Source: Nymphaea colorata (taxonomy: Eukaryota). Taken from it: a stretch of DNA of 64,000 nucleotides. The stretch is from contig NC_045138.2 in assembly GCF_008831285.2 (NCBI RefSeq), positions 41,230,001 to 41,294,000 on the forward strand, in the 5' to 3' direction. Of this stretch, positions 25,901 through 39,536 are shown piece by piece. The notes under the pieces were generated by a model, which was not told where the DNA came from, ran no database searches, and saw nothing but the letters and a program-made list of their open reading frames with translations. A program made the position numbers and the translations under genes. Each line of letters starts with the position of its first letter. Within the stretch, counting starts at the first letter, position 1.

Positions 25901-28900
25901 GAGTGGCAGGACAAGACTGGAATAATAATTACATTGCATGTACAATGCAAACTGAAGCACCTTTTTAATTGACCCAATTAGGAACTGCATAATGCTGCAA
26001 AAAGTTTCTTCAGCCAAGTTCTGGTTCGACAGTCTGCCAAGAATGTCTGGCAGTAAATTATAGACAGGATTGCTTCCTGCAAAGGGACAACATGTTGACA
26101 TATTTAGCATAATTCTGCTGTACTAGTTGGTAAAAGTCCAGAGTTGTAGCTCAAAATTTAAATTTGTTACCCTTCTTTGACAATTCATGAAAAAATAACT
26201 TGGCTAAATTTGAGATCCTGTCATCCACATCTTCTAATCGAACAGCCATTTCATTAATGTAACCTTTTACCTGGTCAACAAGCATTCCACGTGTAATTTG
26301 GTAACTCTCTTAAACAACAGTGTACAGAAAATTATCTTTGGCCAAAATAAGTACCTTCATCATGTCATTCAGAATGAGATGAGAAAGGACAAGAACAGCA
26401 TTCTTTCGAACAGATACTGCAGGATCACGAAGCCGACCATACATGTTCTCTGTCCATGGCTCTAATAGATTAGGAAAACGCACTGACAAATCTCCAAGAG
26501 CAATCGTACAATTGGAACGAACAGCTTCAAGTGGTGCATTCTCAGCAACAGTGAATAGAAGCTGCAGATTTGCTTCACTGGCAATGGTTTGGCTTACACA
26601 GTTAGGATTTGCAATAGGGGCCATGTTTTATCCAAATTGATTGAGATAATGATCAGATACTTTACCAAAAGTTAGCATCAATTAGCATCAACTTGCAGAG
26701 AGCCAGCATACCAGAAGCCTGTAACTCTGGGTACTACAGACATAAATGGGCAAATTAATTTTCCCAGGCTCATAAAGACAGTAGTCTTAAAGCTTTAGTA
26801 TTCAACAAAACCACTTACCTGCTGCATTAAGTTAAAGTTCCTACATAGTTTTGCAACAAGAGGAGCACAAAGGCCAATTAAATTTTTATCAGTTGAACGA
26901 CCTGAAATAATATCCTTCTCAGCTTGTTCAGAAAGAGAATCGAGCCTAGCTTCATCAGAGGCTGCAAGACCCAATTCACGATTGATAGCATTTTCCTGGG
27001 CAATGGTGAAAAAAGGTAAAACATATTTCCCTTAGCCTAAAATTCAATTACCAGGCAACAAGCATATCAAGACGAACCAAACCAATGCAATAACTGATAA
27101 AGACAGAACTGCAGGTAAAATCCAGAGAAAATTAGTATAAACATGAATCCGCTAGATCATGAGATGCAATCTTACTTTATTGGGTGCTGCAGAAGGTTCT
27201 GCATGTCCATTGGGGTCGTTCTGCTGTTCAATTGAAGATGTTTCTTTCTTCTTTTTTTGTTTCTGGACTTTCTTAACGCAAGACTCAATGTAAACCAACT
27301 GACTCAATGCTACATGGCTTACAATAAAAAGGAATCTACTAAGTTTTGTAACTTTAACCGCAGATATTGAGGTGTTGTCATTTCCACTCCCACTTTCAGC
27401 ATTAGTTACATTACTGGTGCCATTGCAAGGAAAAGTAAGATTCAGAGCCTTTTTAACAACTTCAGCAGCCAAGATCTCAGGTCTGGGATGAATAGAATAT
27501 ATTGCAGCAATGGCCTTGTCTGCAGCTGCATACCAAATGTGTTCTGGTAATGCAAAGCCATTTATTATATTCTGCAAAACCCCAAAAACCCTGCCACCGC
27601 CAGATATTATTTTCGCCTTATCCTCTTCAGAAAGCCTCTGAAGTGCAACACATGCAGTTCTTGCAAGTAAAGGATCCTCCTTTGCCCAGCGTCCAAAGCC
27701 AATATCTATAATTTCTTGCAAATGAACCCCAAGGATCTTTGGTGATGATTTGGCAGCCATGCAAAGAATTGACAGTGCTCCACGGCATTGTTCTGCAGTT
27801 ACCCCACTGACATTGAAATTAAAGAAATCCCACAAAGAAGATATCTGAAAAATGGGGAAAAAAAAAAACTTAGACTGCTTCTTACGTGAGCATATGGGCA
27901 AAATGTGAAACGCTTCCAGCATAAGAATAGTAACATCCATTAGATAACCTCGCTTAACAACAGAAAAAGCAAAAAAATATAACTAAATCTCAAAGTAAAA
28001 AGGCCCCCAAAGGATCATAAAACCTCCTTGAACCTTCCTTTCCTCTCTCATACACCACCATTCAGTTTTACCATGTTAACTAAATGGTCTCATCTAATTG
28101 GTTAACAGAGAATCAAACTTATCAATGAGCCATATATTCAACATACAAATTCCACTATGATTCAGAATTGGAGAAAGAAACAAAACCCTGCTCTAGCACT
28201 AGTATCATGATTAAGTGCCCACAAATGAGGGGCTGCTTAACCAAATCCATATGATTCAATTTTGAAATCCATGCTATGGGGGTGAGCTGGTCCTGGTCGA
28301 GATGTTAACAAAACGATATGAATGACCACACTGATTAAAGTGCAAATTTCCAGAATTGAGTCTACCTCAAAACTTCAGTGTAGTCAAACCAAAAAAGCAT
28401 TTGAAGATCTGGAAAACTCAGTCTGTTCAAAAGCTAGTGGAGCTATCTTTTCTTAGAGTTCCATCCGCCTAGCCGGACAGTTAGTTTAAAACCTTCCAGC
28501 TCAAGAAGATCAAGGGTTTTCTGCCCAGTGCGTGCGTCTCGGCATAAACTAGCAGTTCTCTGCCCAAACACAGCTTCCAAATCACAAGAGTTAGACACTA
28601 TAACTGATAAGGAAAATATCATCATTATGAAACAAGAAGAAAGGATATTAGCCTTACATCACAAGCTAGTACCAGCATAGCAGGCATAAGATACTAAAGA
28701 ACTTGAGTAATAGTTACATGAAATGAATACAAGATCAAGTCACAAACATAAAGACCAACTCCACCATATCTTCACCATGCACACTTATACACACTGAAAA
28801 GTGAAAATGATAGGTTAAGTATGTAATAGCCTAAACATTCAACAAAGCTAATATTAGTCTTATTAGATTTGTAAAATAAAGGACTTGCAACAACTGATTA

Positions 28901-31618
28901 ATACTTTCAGATTTCTGCACAAATATTCATCCTAGCATCATCAAGCAGCATAATATTGGAGCAAAATATCTAACGGCTCAAACATAGATACCAAGATGCA
29001 AATCCATAATAGCATTACCAATTTCTAGTAGCATCAATAATTGAACATACCGTACTTGAAGGAATCTCCCCCTTTGAAACTAACGAACTAATGACACATT
29101 CCAAAGCTGCAAGATCACCTATACTAGAGTCTGTGGCAAGAATCAGTAAATTTCTAGCTGTTTCCATGGGGCTTTTCTTTACATAGATTGTGATAAATGC
29201 ACTAATCACAGCTTCGTAAATTGCTTTATCTTGGGAAAATACCTATTTCAAGAAGAAAACAAGCATCGTCAGGGCCTCTCTAACATAACTCATGATTTCA
29301 GCATAATCATATACAGAATATAAGAAGCTAGGCCTACCAGTGGCAGCATTTTTCGTAGAGACTCCTCTGCCCCCTCTATCTGAAATTGTCTGCATCTCAT
29401 CAACAAAAGGATGGCATTCTCAACATCAGAAGCAGACGATGAAGCCAACAATTGAACCAGAGTCGGCATGATTGATGATATGCACTTCGTGAATCTCAGT
29501 CCAGCCTCAAGTGAAGCAACCAATGCACGAGTCTGTTCCAAGTTTCCAACATCTGGCAGACAATCATCTGAAATGCCTACTTCAACAGCAGGTGCACAGC
29601 TATCAGGAAGACCATCTAAGATGTTGTAGTCGCTCTTATTGTCAACAAGATCAACCATTCCATGCCCATGAACCTTTTGAGAGTCTGCCTCCTGGGTACA
29701 CCTCTCAGCTGGATCATCAACCTCACTGCTCTCAGGAGAACCATTGGGTAATAGTTCTTGAAGCCTTTTCTTGTATTTCTCCAGAGTCCCTTCAAATGAA
29801 GCAGTTCGCAACTGTGGTCCAAATGGATTGTGCTGCAACATTGTGATCAGTAGATTCAGTGCAGATTTTCTCACGAGTGCAGACTTATCTTCAAGCCGCC
29901 CAACAGCAACCTCTGCAACCTCATTCCACAATCCAATGGGTACTGCATGTTCTTCACAAAGATCTGCCCATACCTGAAGAACTTTGCTTCGAGTATATGC
30001 TGAAATATCTTTACACCTCTCCAGCATGATTTCCAGCATTGCCTGCTTACCACGCAGTCGAAGTGCTACTCCAGTTGGATCTCCATCGACATCCTTGAAT
30101 GCCTTAGCAATTAACTTCCCGAGTACCCCAATAAGTCCATTTCTAATCTTATATGACTCGCCTCCAAAGTGGGGTACCAGCATACCAACATTCGTAGCCA
30201 CAAGCTTTGGCAACCTGTCAGCAAGTTCTGTTAGGAATCTTCCCACGTTGTCGGCACCAGAAGTGTCCCTCGAGTATTCCTTTGGATTCATTCGGCTAAT
30301 TTCCCTTATCAAAGCAACTGCAAGGCTGCCGTCTGAATATTTGTGCTCTGCCCATCCTACCAAATCAGCCATGTGAGTTGGAAGGAAATCAAACTTGTGA
30401 ATCATGTGCAATATCGACGCGGCTGACTGCATGGTATAGTGATACCCAGTAGCACAAATTCCAACTATCCTACAAAGCGCATCTTTTACATCTGCATCCC
30501 TCAGTAATGCCGAATTCTCGAACAGAGTGAAGGCCGAACTACAATCCGGAACCAGGAAAAGAAGCCAAAGTCATATTTCATTAGATAAAACAACCATTAG
30601 TTTTTAAACTACGTAAAAGCAAATAACGTCGCCTAGACACGTCTAAGTGAAATGACTTCTAATGTTGTATTTTTTCCAGCGCCCAAAATATCATTCCACC
30701 AGAAAATATAGGCAAACCTAAATTTTCAGACATAAACTAAAAACATAAGAGCAACATCTACAAAATAATTAGAGCGATTGATGATCTACACCCAAAAAAA
30801 AAACGCAAATTGCAAAATCTTCTTACCTGACAAGGAAAGATAAGTAATTTTCATCCAACTCCGATGTACCAAACAATGACTTAAGGTCAATCTCAAGAGA
30901 ATTGGCCACCAACCCAATAATTTTTCCTCGTTGTAGTTCCCAGTTCCATGACTCTGCCGCATGCTTCTTCCTCCCCTTTCCACGTATACAGGAAAAGACC
31001 AACGAACAGCGATATTTCAGAAATTATTCTAAAGACAAAAAGGAAAAAAAAGGAAAAAAAAAATAAACAAACCTTTTGATGGCTAGACGCAGGAGCCCGC
31101 GAAGCCTGGTTCGCGGAACCGAGCTCCTCGATGAGGACGATGGATAACAGGAAGTAAGTGTAGATTTTGAATGCGTTGAGATAAGAAGCCAACCGGTCGG
31201 GAGCGGAAAGTGCTCCCGCTTCTTCAGGAGACCGCGACAGGCAGGATATGTTCGGGATCAGCACGCTGAAATTCGACCGGAGGCTCTCAACGAGGGTTAT
31301 CTTTGACGGTGGTAGGAGGTGCGGGAATCCCTTGACGAAAGAATAAATCTGATCGAACAACTCCTGCTCCTCGACACAGAACAATTCCTTGTCCGATAGA
31401 TCGAAGGCAACGCCTTCGATGAATTGGAATCAGCTGGTGCAAAAGGGAAACAGTCAGGGGATAGAAAATGGAGGGTGGGAGGTACCTTTGACAATCTCCT
31501 CGAGCTCGGAAGGTGACAAGACGGCAACGTCGACAGGATGCTGAACAAACAGACTGATTCGGTCCTCTGGTTCCTCTTCGAGATCAGTTATCGTTTTGGG
31601 GAAGAAGAAGGGCGCCAT
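22993..31618 (-). CDS. CAP-D2: Condensin I complex subunit CAP-D2 (Cnd1/NCAPD2, HEAT-repeat)
   Basis: The ATG at 31618 starts MAPFFFP. Exons: 31618-31486, 31413-31073, 30975-30827, 30538-29338, 29242-29051, 27844-27176, 26995-26819, 26733-26666, 26577-26355, 26270-26171, 26076-25961, 25874-25817, 24577-24426, 24342-24144, plus probable terminal exons ~23452-23289 and 23217-22993. Cnd1 motifs: 'DISAYTRSKVLQ', 'RLEDKSALVRKSA', 'QHNPFG' and 'VRSNCTIALGDLSVRFPNLLEPWT..MY.RLRD'. The 3' end is uncertain. Confidence 0.93.
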
Positions 31619-31672
31619 GGATGGCAGACAGTGACGCTCTTCGGGAGGGAGCGAGAGAGTGAAAGAGTGAGG

Positions 31673-31693
31673 TTCGAATTGAAGAGCGGGAAA
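31673..31693 (-). promoter_or_regulatory. E2F site TTTCCCGC with adjacent CHR-like TTCGAA upstream of CAP-D2
   Basis: GCGGGAAA at 31686-31693 reads TTTCCCGC on the gene strand, about 70 bp upstream of the ATG, and is followed 7 nt later by TTCGAA. Further upstream are an MSA-like TCAACGG (~31884) and TTTGGCGG (32018-32025). Confidence 0.55.
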
Positions 31694-32780
31694 CTTTTGG
31701 CATGATCCCGTAATCGATCGTTAGACATTAAAATTAAGGCCCTTTGTAAACAGATCCTGATCTCCACAACAAAGTTTGGAACGTGGTCATGATTCATCAA
31801 ACTAAGGATACTAAATTAAACCTAAGGTCTACGCTTAAAATATATACGTTACCACTTTACATTGAGAAAACGTCTAACTCAAGATCAACGGGGGAAGAGC
31901 TGATCTCAAACCATGAAGATCTTAAATCAGAATCAATCAAACGTCCCCTTGTGTGCAATGGATTTTAAATTGGATTCAATTTGGACTTCGTATTTTACCC
32001 CAAAAAAAGGTCCAACTTTTGGCGGTATAATAAAACAGATACTTTAGCTTTGAACTTCTTTTATCTATAGTTTTTTTTTTGTATGGAATTGAGGCTGATG
32101 AACATACATATTCAAATATGAGTGTATTTTTTATCTCTCTTCAAATATTGAACATGTTTAGTAATTTTTTAGAAAGAACTATAATAAACCCTGAATCTGA
32201 TTGCTATTTAAATGTTATTATTTTTTTACTAAACTTTAGTAATTGGAACCAAATTGAGATTGGTATAATCAGATAAATCCAACTCTATGACATCACCCTT
32301 ACCAAGAGCTTGAAGAGCCAAACTGGGCTGAGCCATGAGTTTCTGCATCCTTTGCAACCCTGTTTACGTGAGATTTATAAGGTTTTGCAATGCATTGGCC
32401 ATTGGCTATGATTACAAAATGTTTGAATTAAGACGTGTACATTGTAATGTAAGAACCACTGACATGAATTTGCATGTTTGGATGGTAGAGAGGAAAGTAT
32501 CAGTTACTAAAAACTCAGATTTTGCCACAAATAAACTTGAGGATGAATCCGACCATTCACAAAACCAGAAATTTGGACCAATCGAGGATGCATAACGCAG
32601 GCAGCCTCAAATGGCCCAGTTACTGTCAGCGCAATGATGATACTCATTAGAGAAGCAAAAACTTGGTCTACTTCTTATCCAATGATAAGTTTGATTTGCC
32701 CAACAACACGCCTGCGAAGACAAGAATAGCTTCTCCAGGTATTAAGATTTGAAACATACAAATTTTCTGAAGTTTCTGTC

Positions 32781-32858
32781 CGTTCATAGGTGCCGACACG
32801 ACGAGTCGTCTCTATTCGATCATTGGCGCGCTGCACCTAGCGCCTGCAGGGACGGGTT
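32781..32858 (-). pseudogene. 3'-truncated U4atac snRNA-like retrocopy flanked by a 20-bp direct repeat
   Basis: The minus strand reads AACCCGTCCCTGCAGGCGCTAGGTGCAGCGCGCCAATGATCGAATAGAGACGACTCGTCGTGTCGGCACCTATGAACG. It has the plant U4atac-type 5' end AACCCGT, a kink-turn core CAATGA-TC-GAATA-GA-GA and a stem-I-like TGTCGGC. Flanks 32761-32780 and 32859-32878 are 18/20 identical. No Sm site, 3' domain or USE/TATA promoter is visible. Confidence 0.65.
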
Positions 32859-33455
32859 AATTTTCTGAATTTCCTGTCAAACTTAGAAGGGTTCTACTGA
32901 AAACCATAGCTTCTGATACAATCAAACTTGCCTTTGAAAGACATGCAGATATATGTTTATATTATTCTCAATATGTTTCTATTATTCTCATGGACGTTTT
33001 AGGACCATGTTTTCTCTTTTAAGTAAACGCAACAACAGTGGCTTTATGGTTCAAAGTTGGGTCCATGCTACACACCTTGGGAGTGTCAACAGGGAGGGAC
33101 GGGTCCTGAAGATCATCATGTTTTCGCTGTAGAATCGATTGAATATGTATTTTTATCTGATCCAAAACAGAACCCACTCAAAATCCTCCACTGCTGCAGA
33201 ATCCAGAGGCAGAAAACAAAGAAACTGAAAATTTCTCTCATCCAAGGAAACAAACAGACGTGAGCTATACAATGGTACAAGCTAGTTGACCGCAAACCCA
33301 ACAGAGAATGCAAAACTTTCCGTTAAACCATTATTCGCCAGCCAAAAACGATATATGGAAGAGCTTATCCAACACCATTAACACCCAGACGGTCATAAAA
33401 CCCATTAGCAGAACAACCACAGACGAAGAAGAAACTGCTCACACTCCAAACACTC

Positions 33456-36400
33456 TCAGATACCACTGGGATCGAGGCTGCTTCTTCTGAGCTCTGCAGG
33501 AGGACCGTTGCTAGTTTTACTCACAACCCCCTTGCCAAAATACCCAGCAACCACAGAGAAACCATCACTAGAATTCTTCAGTTGATGGAAAAACTTGTCG
33601 TGGTCTTTGGCATTTTCTTCCAAGTTTCTCTTCATGTCCAGCAAGCTTCGGTACTGAGGTGCACAAACAGGGCATTCTTTCTCGTTGTCACCAAGGCACC
33701 GCTGATGAAATGAATGCATGCACAGAAAATGTACGGCAGGGAGATCAAGTGTTAATGTGCATGCAGTGCATTTGCTCAGCTGGAAAATCCTGGCATTTGT
33801 CCTCAAGTCCTGTATTTCCTTCCGCATGGAAGATGTTTCTTCCTGCATCAACAAAGTAACAGAAATTGTAAACTTTCTTCACATTAAGAACAACCAATCA
33901 CTGCCATACAGTAAATGACAATGCCCATAAAACTACGTCTCATGATAATGCCACCGGATAGATAAAGACAAGACACTGCAGCTAGGAGGAAAATGAAAGG
34001 CGGCTAACAACAGAAAAGGCATAAAGCTGATCACACACATTGAATTATTAAAGCAGTCACAGAAAAATCAACCAGCGCCATTCACAAACTTATGGGTAGT
34101 CCAGCCACCAGAGCTTCAGAACCAGCTCATCATGCTAGATGGCCACGCTTTGGCCAGCACAAAGGGTTTTCAGTGACTAGCTCGTAAGGATATGGTTTTT
34201 AGCCTATTCAGTAGAATAACAGTGCCGGGCTGGGCCAAAAAGCCTGTGCCACCTTTTTTCCTAACCAAAATTGAGATTTCCTTCTTAGCCTTTCCATTTC
34301 CGAATCAGCTCACTTGTGCTTCAGCCCAATGATTTGGGCAAGACAACCAGATTATAAACAGGTTGAGTTTTGTATGACTTACACTTGGGTTAAGACCTTG
34401 CCTTTTCGACCAAGAAGACCAGGTTGGCTTCCTTGACCACCATGCATATCCTTATTCATATGGTTAAGACAAACTTGTTTTTGTGCTCTGAAGCTTTTCA
34501 AGAGAAGACGGGATAAAAACCACGTACAACATGCTGCCACTTTCAGTAAGCCATTCACGTACATAATAGGCTCTTTGCCTGGGTTCTGTTTCTTGTTTTA
34601 TTGGATGCCAAGTGTACTAGTGGTACCCCAACAGTGGACAGCCTAAATGTGCTCCCATGCTCATAAGAGAAAGTAAAGCATGCTTCAAAAATAATATGTA
34701 AGTGCAATGTGGTTACCTGAAACTTGTCAATAGTTTTGCGATCGTCCTCAATAAGTTTAGATTCTGCTTCAAGCTTTCGTGCAATGTAATCCTTCACAAC
34801 AGAAAGGGTAAGACATGGGTTTCGAGATAATGTTTGAAGAACAATGATTGGAGGCAGTATGTCATCTCTCTCGATATATACCAGCACTTCTTTGACTTCC
34901 TTGGAGCAATCTTCATCAAGCTCACCAAAGTACTTCAGCACATCCGCCCAAAGTGATGGATCACCACCCTTGCTCGAATCTCCAAGTTTCTTGCAACAAG
35001 AGATCAGTCCTTCGTGGTCATGAGCCTGCATATAGCATGATATTACCTCTTTAAAAAGCTTCATCTTCTCATACAAAAATAGGCGCCCTTCTTTAAAACC
35101 ATTCATCTCACATAGAACAACTGCAAGTTCCATATCATATAAAGGCTGATCTTGGTCAGAGGGCCATGCGCTCTTAAGCAAGCTAAGTCCTTTTTCAAAC
35201 CTCCCAATCCGGCTATTATTCTTATTCTCATCCTCAACAGAAACACTTGATTTATCTTTGCTTCCTACCTTTGAAAGAGTGTTAGAATTATCTGAGGCCA
35301 AGTTTATAACATCGGAACAAGATGGATCTTGCAGGATTGAAGGAAAATTCAAGTCATTTGATAGATAGAGTTCCAACATGGTATTGTGGATTTCCACCTG
35401 TGCAGTCGAGTTCTTTACGGTGCTGGTAAACTTTTCAAAAAAATCAATGAGAGATTGAGGTTGGTGAACAAAAATATTCACAAAATCAATAGGGGAAGGC
35501 AGCCTGAAGGGGTAAACTCCATTCAAGGTCCTCTTTTTCTCCTGTTCTCCTTCATCAGTACAAAGCTTCATAAGTATTTCAATTGTCTCCACTGGCTTAT
35601 GCTGCACAAGAATCTTACCATATTCTTTCACTGTCACCTCAGCTTGACTTAGATCAAGTCCAGATATATACTGCAGTGCTTCGTCATACATGCCTAGGTC
35701 TTCAAGCAAAATCTTCAAATATAACTCATGCTTTCCGGACTTCTTTGCAACATACATTGCATGCTCATGGTATCCTGCTGCACGGCAAACTCTTATTGCA
35801 GTCTCCACATCAAATTTGTGCTCTTCAGCACCACCTTCTCCTTTGATGAACTCATCTAGCTTAGCTACATCTTTTAATTTTGTATAGCAATTTAGAAGAA
35901 GAGTTGTATGGTCCTTAGAGGCCAACTCTTTCTCATGTAATTTTTCCAAGTAATTGGTGAGGTTGTAAATCCGTTGAGCATCAAGAAATTTTTGTATGAC
36001 ATAGGAGGGCTCAAGCTGTCCAATAGTATGAATATACTGAGCCATGGCCTCATCGTACTTCTGCTGTGAATACAAATGATCCCCATACTTTCTTAGCACT
36101 TCTGCAGTAGCTGCAGCATCTGCATGCTGGCTCTGGACAAGATTAATGGCAACAGTATAAAGATTTTTCTTGAAAAGCATGTCCAACTTACTTCCCATGT
36201 CCTTTTCACCTATACAAAGAGCAGTTTTGTCGCTCATAATAAGAATTATGCTGCCCCACTCACAAAGCATATGTGAAACTTCTCCAACTGTCATGCTATG
36301 GGCTATAAGATGATTTTTCAAATCATAGACATTAAAAGTATTCTTGGTACTTCTTTGGTCAGAAATAACTGATAAAAGATAACTCCTGAACCAGCCGAGG

Positions 36401-38673
36401 AATTTCTTTTCTCCTTCAAAAGCCCAGCAAGGACCCCGGCCATCCACTTCATAGAAATATACCGCCTCAGGACGACCAATGACAAGCTCCTAATACAATT
36501 TCAGAAATAAGAAATAGTGTCAAAGTGCTCCCTCTCAACCACTGCTCCATATCTAAAAAAACACAAGGCTCACCTGTCGGTTGCTCATTGTTACGCTATT
36601 GCCATGGCATCCAATCTGGTCTAGTGTCTGACACTTAGGTGGCTGACCTTGTAAGTTAAACAGACTCACTGAGGTCGGGGTCACTGCAAACAGCTGAAGA
36701 GCCGTACCATCAACTCGAAATGCTAGCCCTGTAACAGAAGACTGAGATCCAGTTGGTCCAGTTTCCACCTGCAGCTTGATTCGTGTGATACGCTCACGTG
36801 CAATGTCGCCTTTGATGCAGTAGATAGAACCATTATCTAGCCCTATAGCAATGAACAAGATTGGAGGTGCTTCCTCAAGTATTAAAAATGATGTGATCTG
36901 CAAAGAAAAAATATTTTTCAAATTCTCCAAAATGAATTTTACAGCCTACATTTATGTGGAGACTTTTTCCTTCGGTCTTAAGTTTCTTTTTTTTTTCCTT
37001 TTCATCAATTACAAGTTCCAACCCCATAAAGATTTAAAAATTTTGCAATCTTCAAAAGCAAGCACGCATTCAGAATCACATGGCACCAGAAACTACTAAA
37101 AGTGGATACCTTTGCTTCAGGGAATTGGTTAGTGAAAATCCTCAGTATCTGAATACAAAATGGACTTGTAGTGCTGGAACTCTCTTGCTCCATTTTATCA
37201 AGATCAAAAGCCTTGAGGCATATAGATGACAACTGTGGTGATGTTGTTTCATCTTCTCCGACTGTAAAGAGAACATTTCTTTGCTGTTCATGAAAGAAAA
37301 AATTATAGCAGATGTCAATTCACCATTTTTAAAACAAAATTTTGAAAATAAGTCCAAATGACGTTTGAAGGTACACAGTCCCCCATAACAATTGGGGTTT
37401 ACCATAAATAATGGAGTTATGTAAGAGAACCTGAAACGTTAAATGAAACATTTAGTTAAAACAATTGGATGACTCGAAAAGTATGTAGGCTGCACAAGCC
37501 GATCAACAATCATCCTGGACAGAAGGCCTATTGAAGATGTGATCGCCTCTAATCCCGATGTGTACTGAAGCTGAACTAAAATGAAGCAACAAGATATATT
37601 TGGATAACGAAAGTCAAATTTGCATGATTCCGTTTAGTAGACAAAGCCGTCATCCTTTGCTTCGTCATGATTCAATTACTGAGCTACTATAGCAGTTTAA
37701 ATAGGAATCCTTACTCTCATCTCTGTAAGTAGCAAAAAGGGCTTCTCAGAAGGCCTAAAACTAGGATTCAAAGACATGTAATTCTCTTTCCTGGATTTTG
37801 AAGACAAGGATTTCCCATTTAGACCTTCTTGACAAACCTAAGTGTATTCTAATTACAAATAGACAATTATTCAAGTTAATGCAGCTAAAAGAAAAGGGAA
37901 AAATCAATGGCACTCGGTGATTTTTCAGTACACGATAAAGAAATTGAAGAATACAATGGGTTCTACAGCCGTACGTCAATGATGATGATAGCATGATCGT
38001 CAGGTTCATATACAGCAATTTAAGCACGTAATCAATTGCAAAAACGTACTGCTTCGCAACTTGGTCCTTCATTTCCTCCATGTCAATACATCAGACCCCA
38101 AACAAACTCGCCGAATGAAACAATCCAAAACTTTAACGGTCTGAACCGAGTTTAAACAATCCAAACATTTTTCTTTCTTTCTGCATCCTACCAACCAAAA
38201 AAACCACCACATGATCCTTCTAAATCAAAACTTGAACACTCGAAGCTACCAACATCATGGTGTCCAAAAAAAAAAACCCAGAAACAACTCAATTCCCAAA
38301 TTCTCTCTCTAAAACAAGCGATATCACGTAGTTCAATGCACCGGTCTGACTGATTCGTCAAATGGACGGAACCGAGCACAACCAAAATTGGTTCGGTAAT
38401 ATTGGATCAAAAAAACATAAAGAATGAAAAAAAAACAATAACAATAATGAAAACCTTGAGGTGTTGGATGAAGAGGACGTTAGCGGCATGGGCTCTGAAA
38501 CTGAACGCGGGCTTGAATCCGCGATCGAGGAGGTGGACCATTCCATCGTCGCAGCCGAGGGCGATCCGGCCGCGGCCGCTGGAGCAGCACTGGAGATTGC
38601 CCTCTACGTCTGAAGGGATGGAGCATCGGCTTGATTTTTCCTCGAAGAACTCGAACTTCTTCCACTGGGCCAT
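33456..38673 (-). CDS. VPS11: Vacuolar protein sorting 11 (HOPS/CORVET class C core subunit), 958 aa
   Basis: Exons 38673-38455, 37283-37110, 36897-36574, 36489-34717 and 33842-33456 total 2877 nt in frame. The N-terminus is 'MAQWKKFEFFEEK', the middle is a clathrin-repeat region ('KYGDHLY','YVIQKFLDAQRI'), and the C-terminus has a RING 'CTAC..LDLPAVHFLCMHSFHQRC...CPVC' followed by the VPS11_C 'FSVVAGYFGKG'. Confidence 0.96.
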
Positions 38674-39493
38674 CCTCCACTCTCGTGCCCCTCTGCTTTC
38701 AGATGGGAAACAAACACCGCAAAGTTAGCTATTCTATAGGAGAGAAAGGGGGATCCTCGGGTTTTAGAAATGAAAGCCCGCACAAGAGAATGCTTGCAAC
38801 TTAACAATGTTGCGTTTGATAGCCCGAAGCTCCGTTCAAAGATGTGCTTGAACTATGTTAAACACCATATAATAAAAAAGAGATCTGACCTTGAAGATCA
38901 CCGCAGATCTGATCGGCGGCGAAACAAACCCTTTTAAGGACTCATATTTATATATATGATCCTTTTTATTTCCACTGATTATAAAACACATAACCGACGG
39001 CATGTAACAAATGCTGCATAATATGCTAAGAAGATCCTCTCATAGGGCTCTCTTGAGCAACCTCTCTTACAAAATTGACAACGTTTGGTTTAGAAAGATT
39101 TTTTGTATGAGGTTGTGTTGTCTCGAGTTGAAAATATGTCGCATTCTAAACATCCTAAACTACTTAGCTCATAGACAAAAATCAAACCATTTAAACTAAA
39201 TTACTGATTCTTTCTTTGTGCAGTATAGCCTTATAGATATGCTTTTAAGAGTGATTTCATATTTGTTTGATTATGTCAATCACTTTTGCATTTTAAATGC
39301 GTTGTTTTAATGTTAAAATTTTAACAACTCATGGAAGATTAAAACGTAGAAAAATCATTCCTTTGCATGAAAATGCCTTCTTCTTGAACTACGTTAGTAA
39401 CAATAAGCATGTGTTTTATTAGCATGTTAACTTTTATCTAAAATGTTTTTAACCTGAATTTTGTTGACTAAGTTTTTGTTCATGACTAATGTG

Positions 39494-39496
<3 letters not shown>

Positions 39497-39532
<36 letters not shown>
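39497..39532. repeat. (TA)n microsatellite
   Basis: Directly visible. Confidence 0.95.

Positions 39533-39536
<4 letters not shown>

Noticed and set aside
37734..37760. AAAAAGGGCTTCT, resembling the U11 snRNA 5' end
   Set aside because: The similarity ends after ~13 nt; no Sm site, conserved stems or snRNA promoter are visible.
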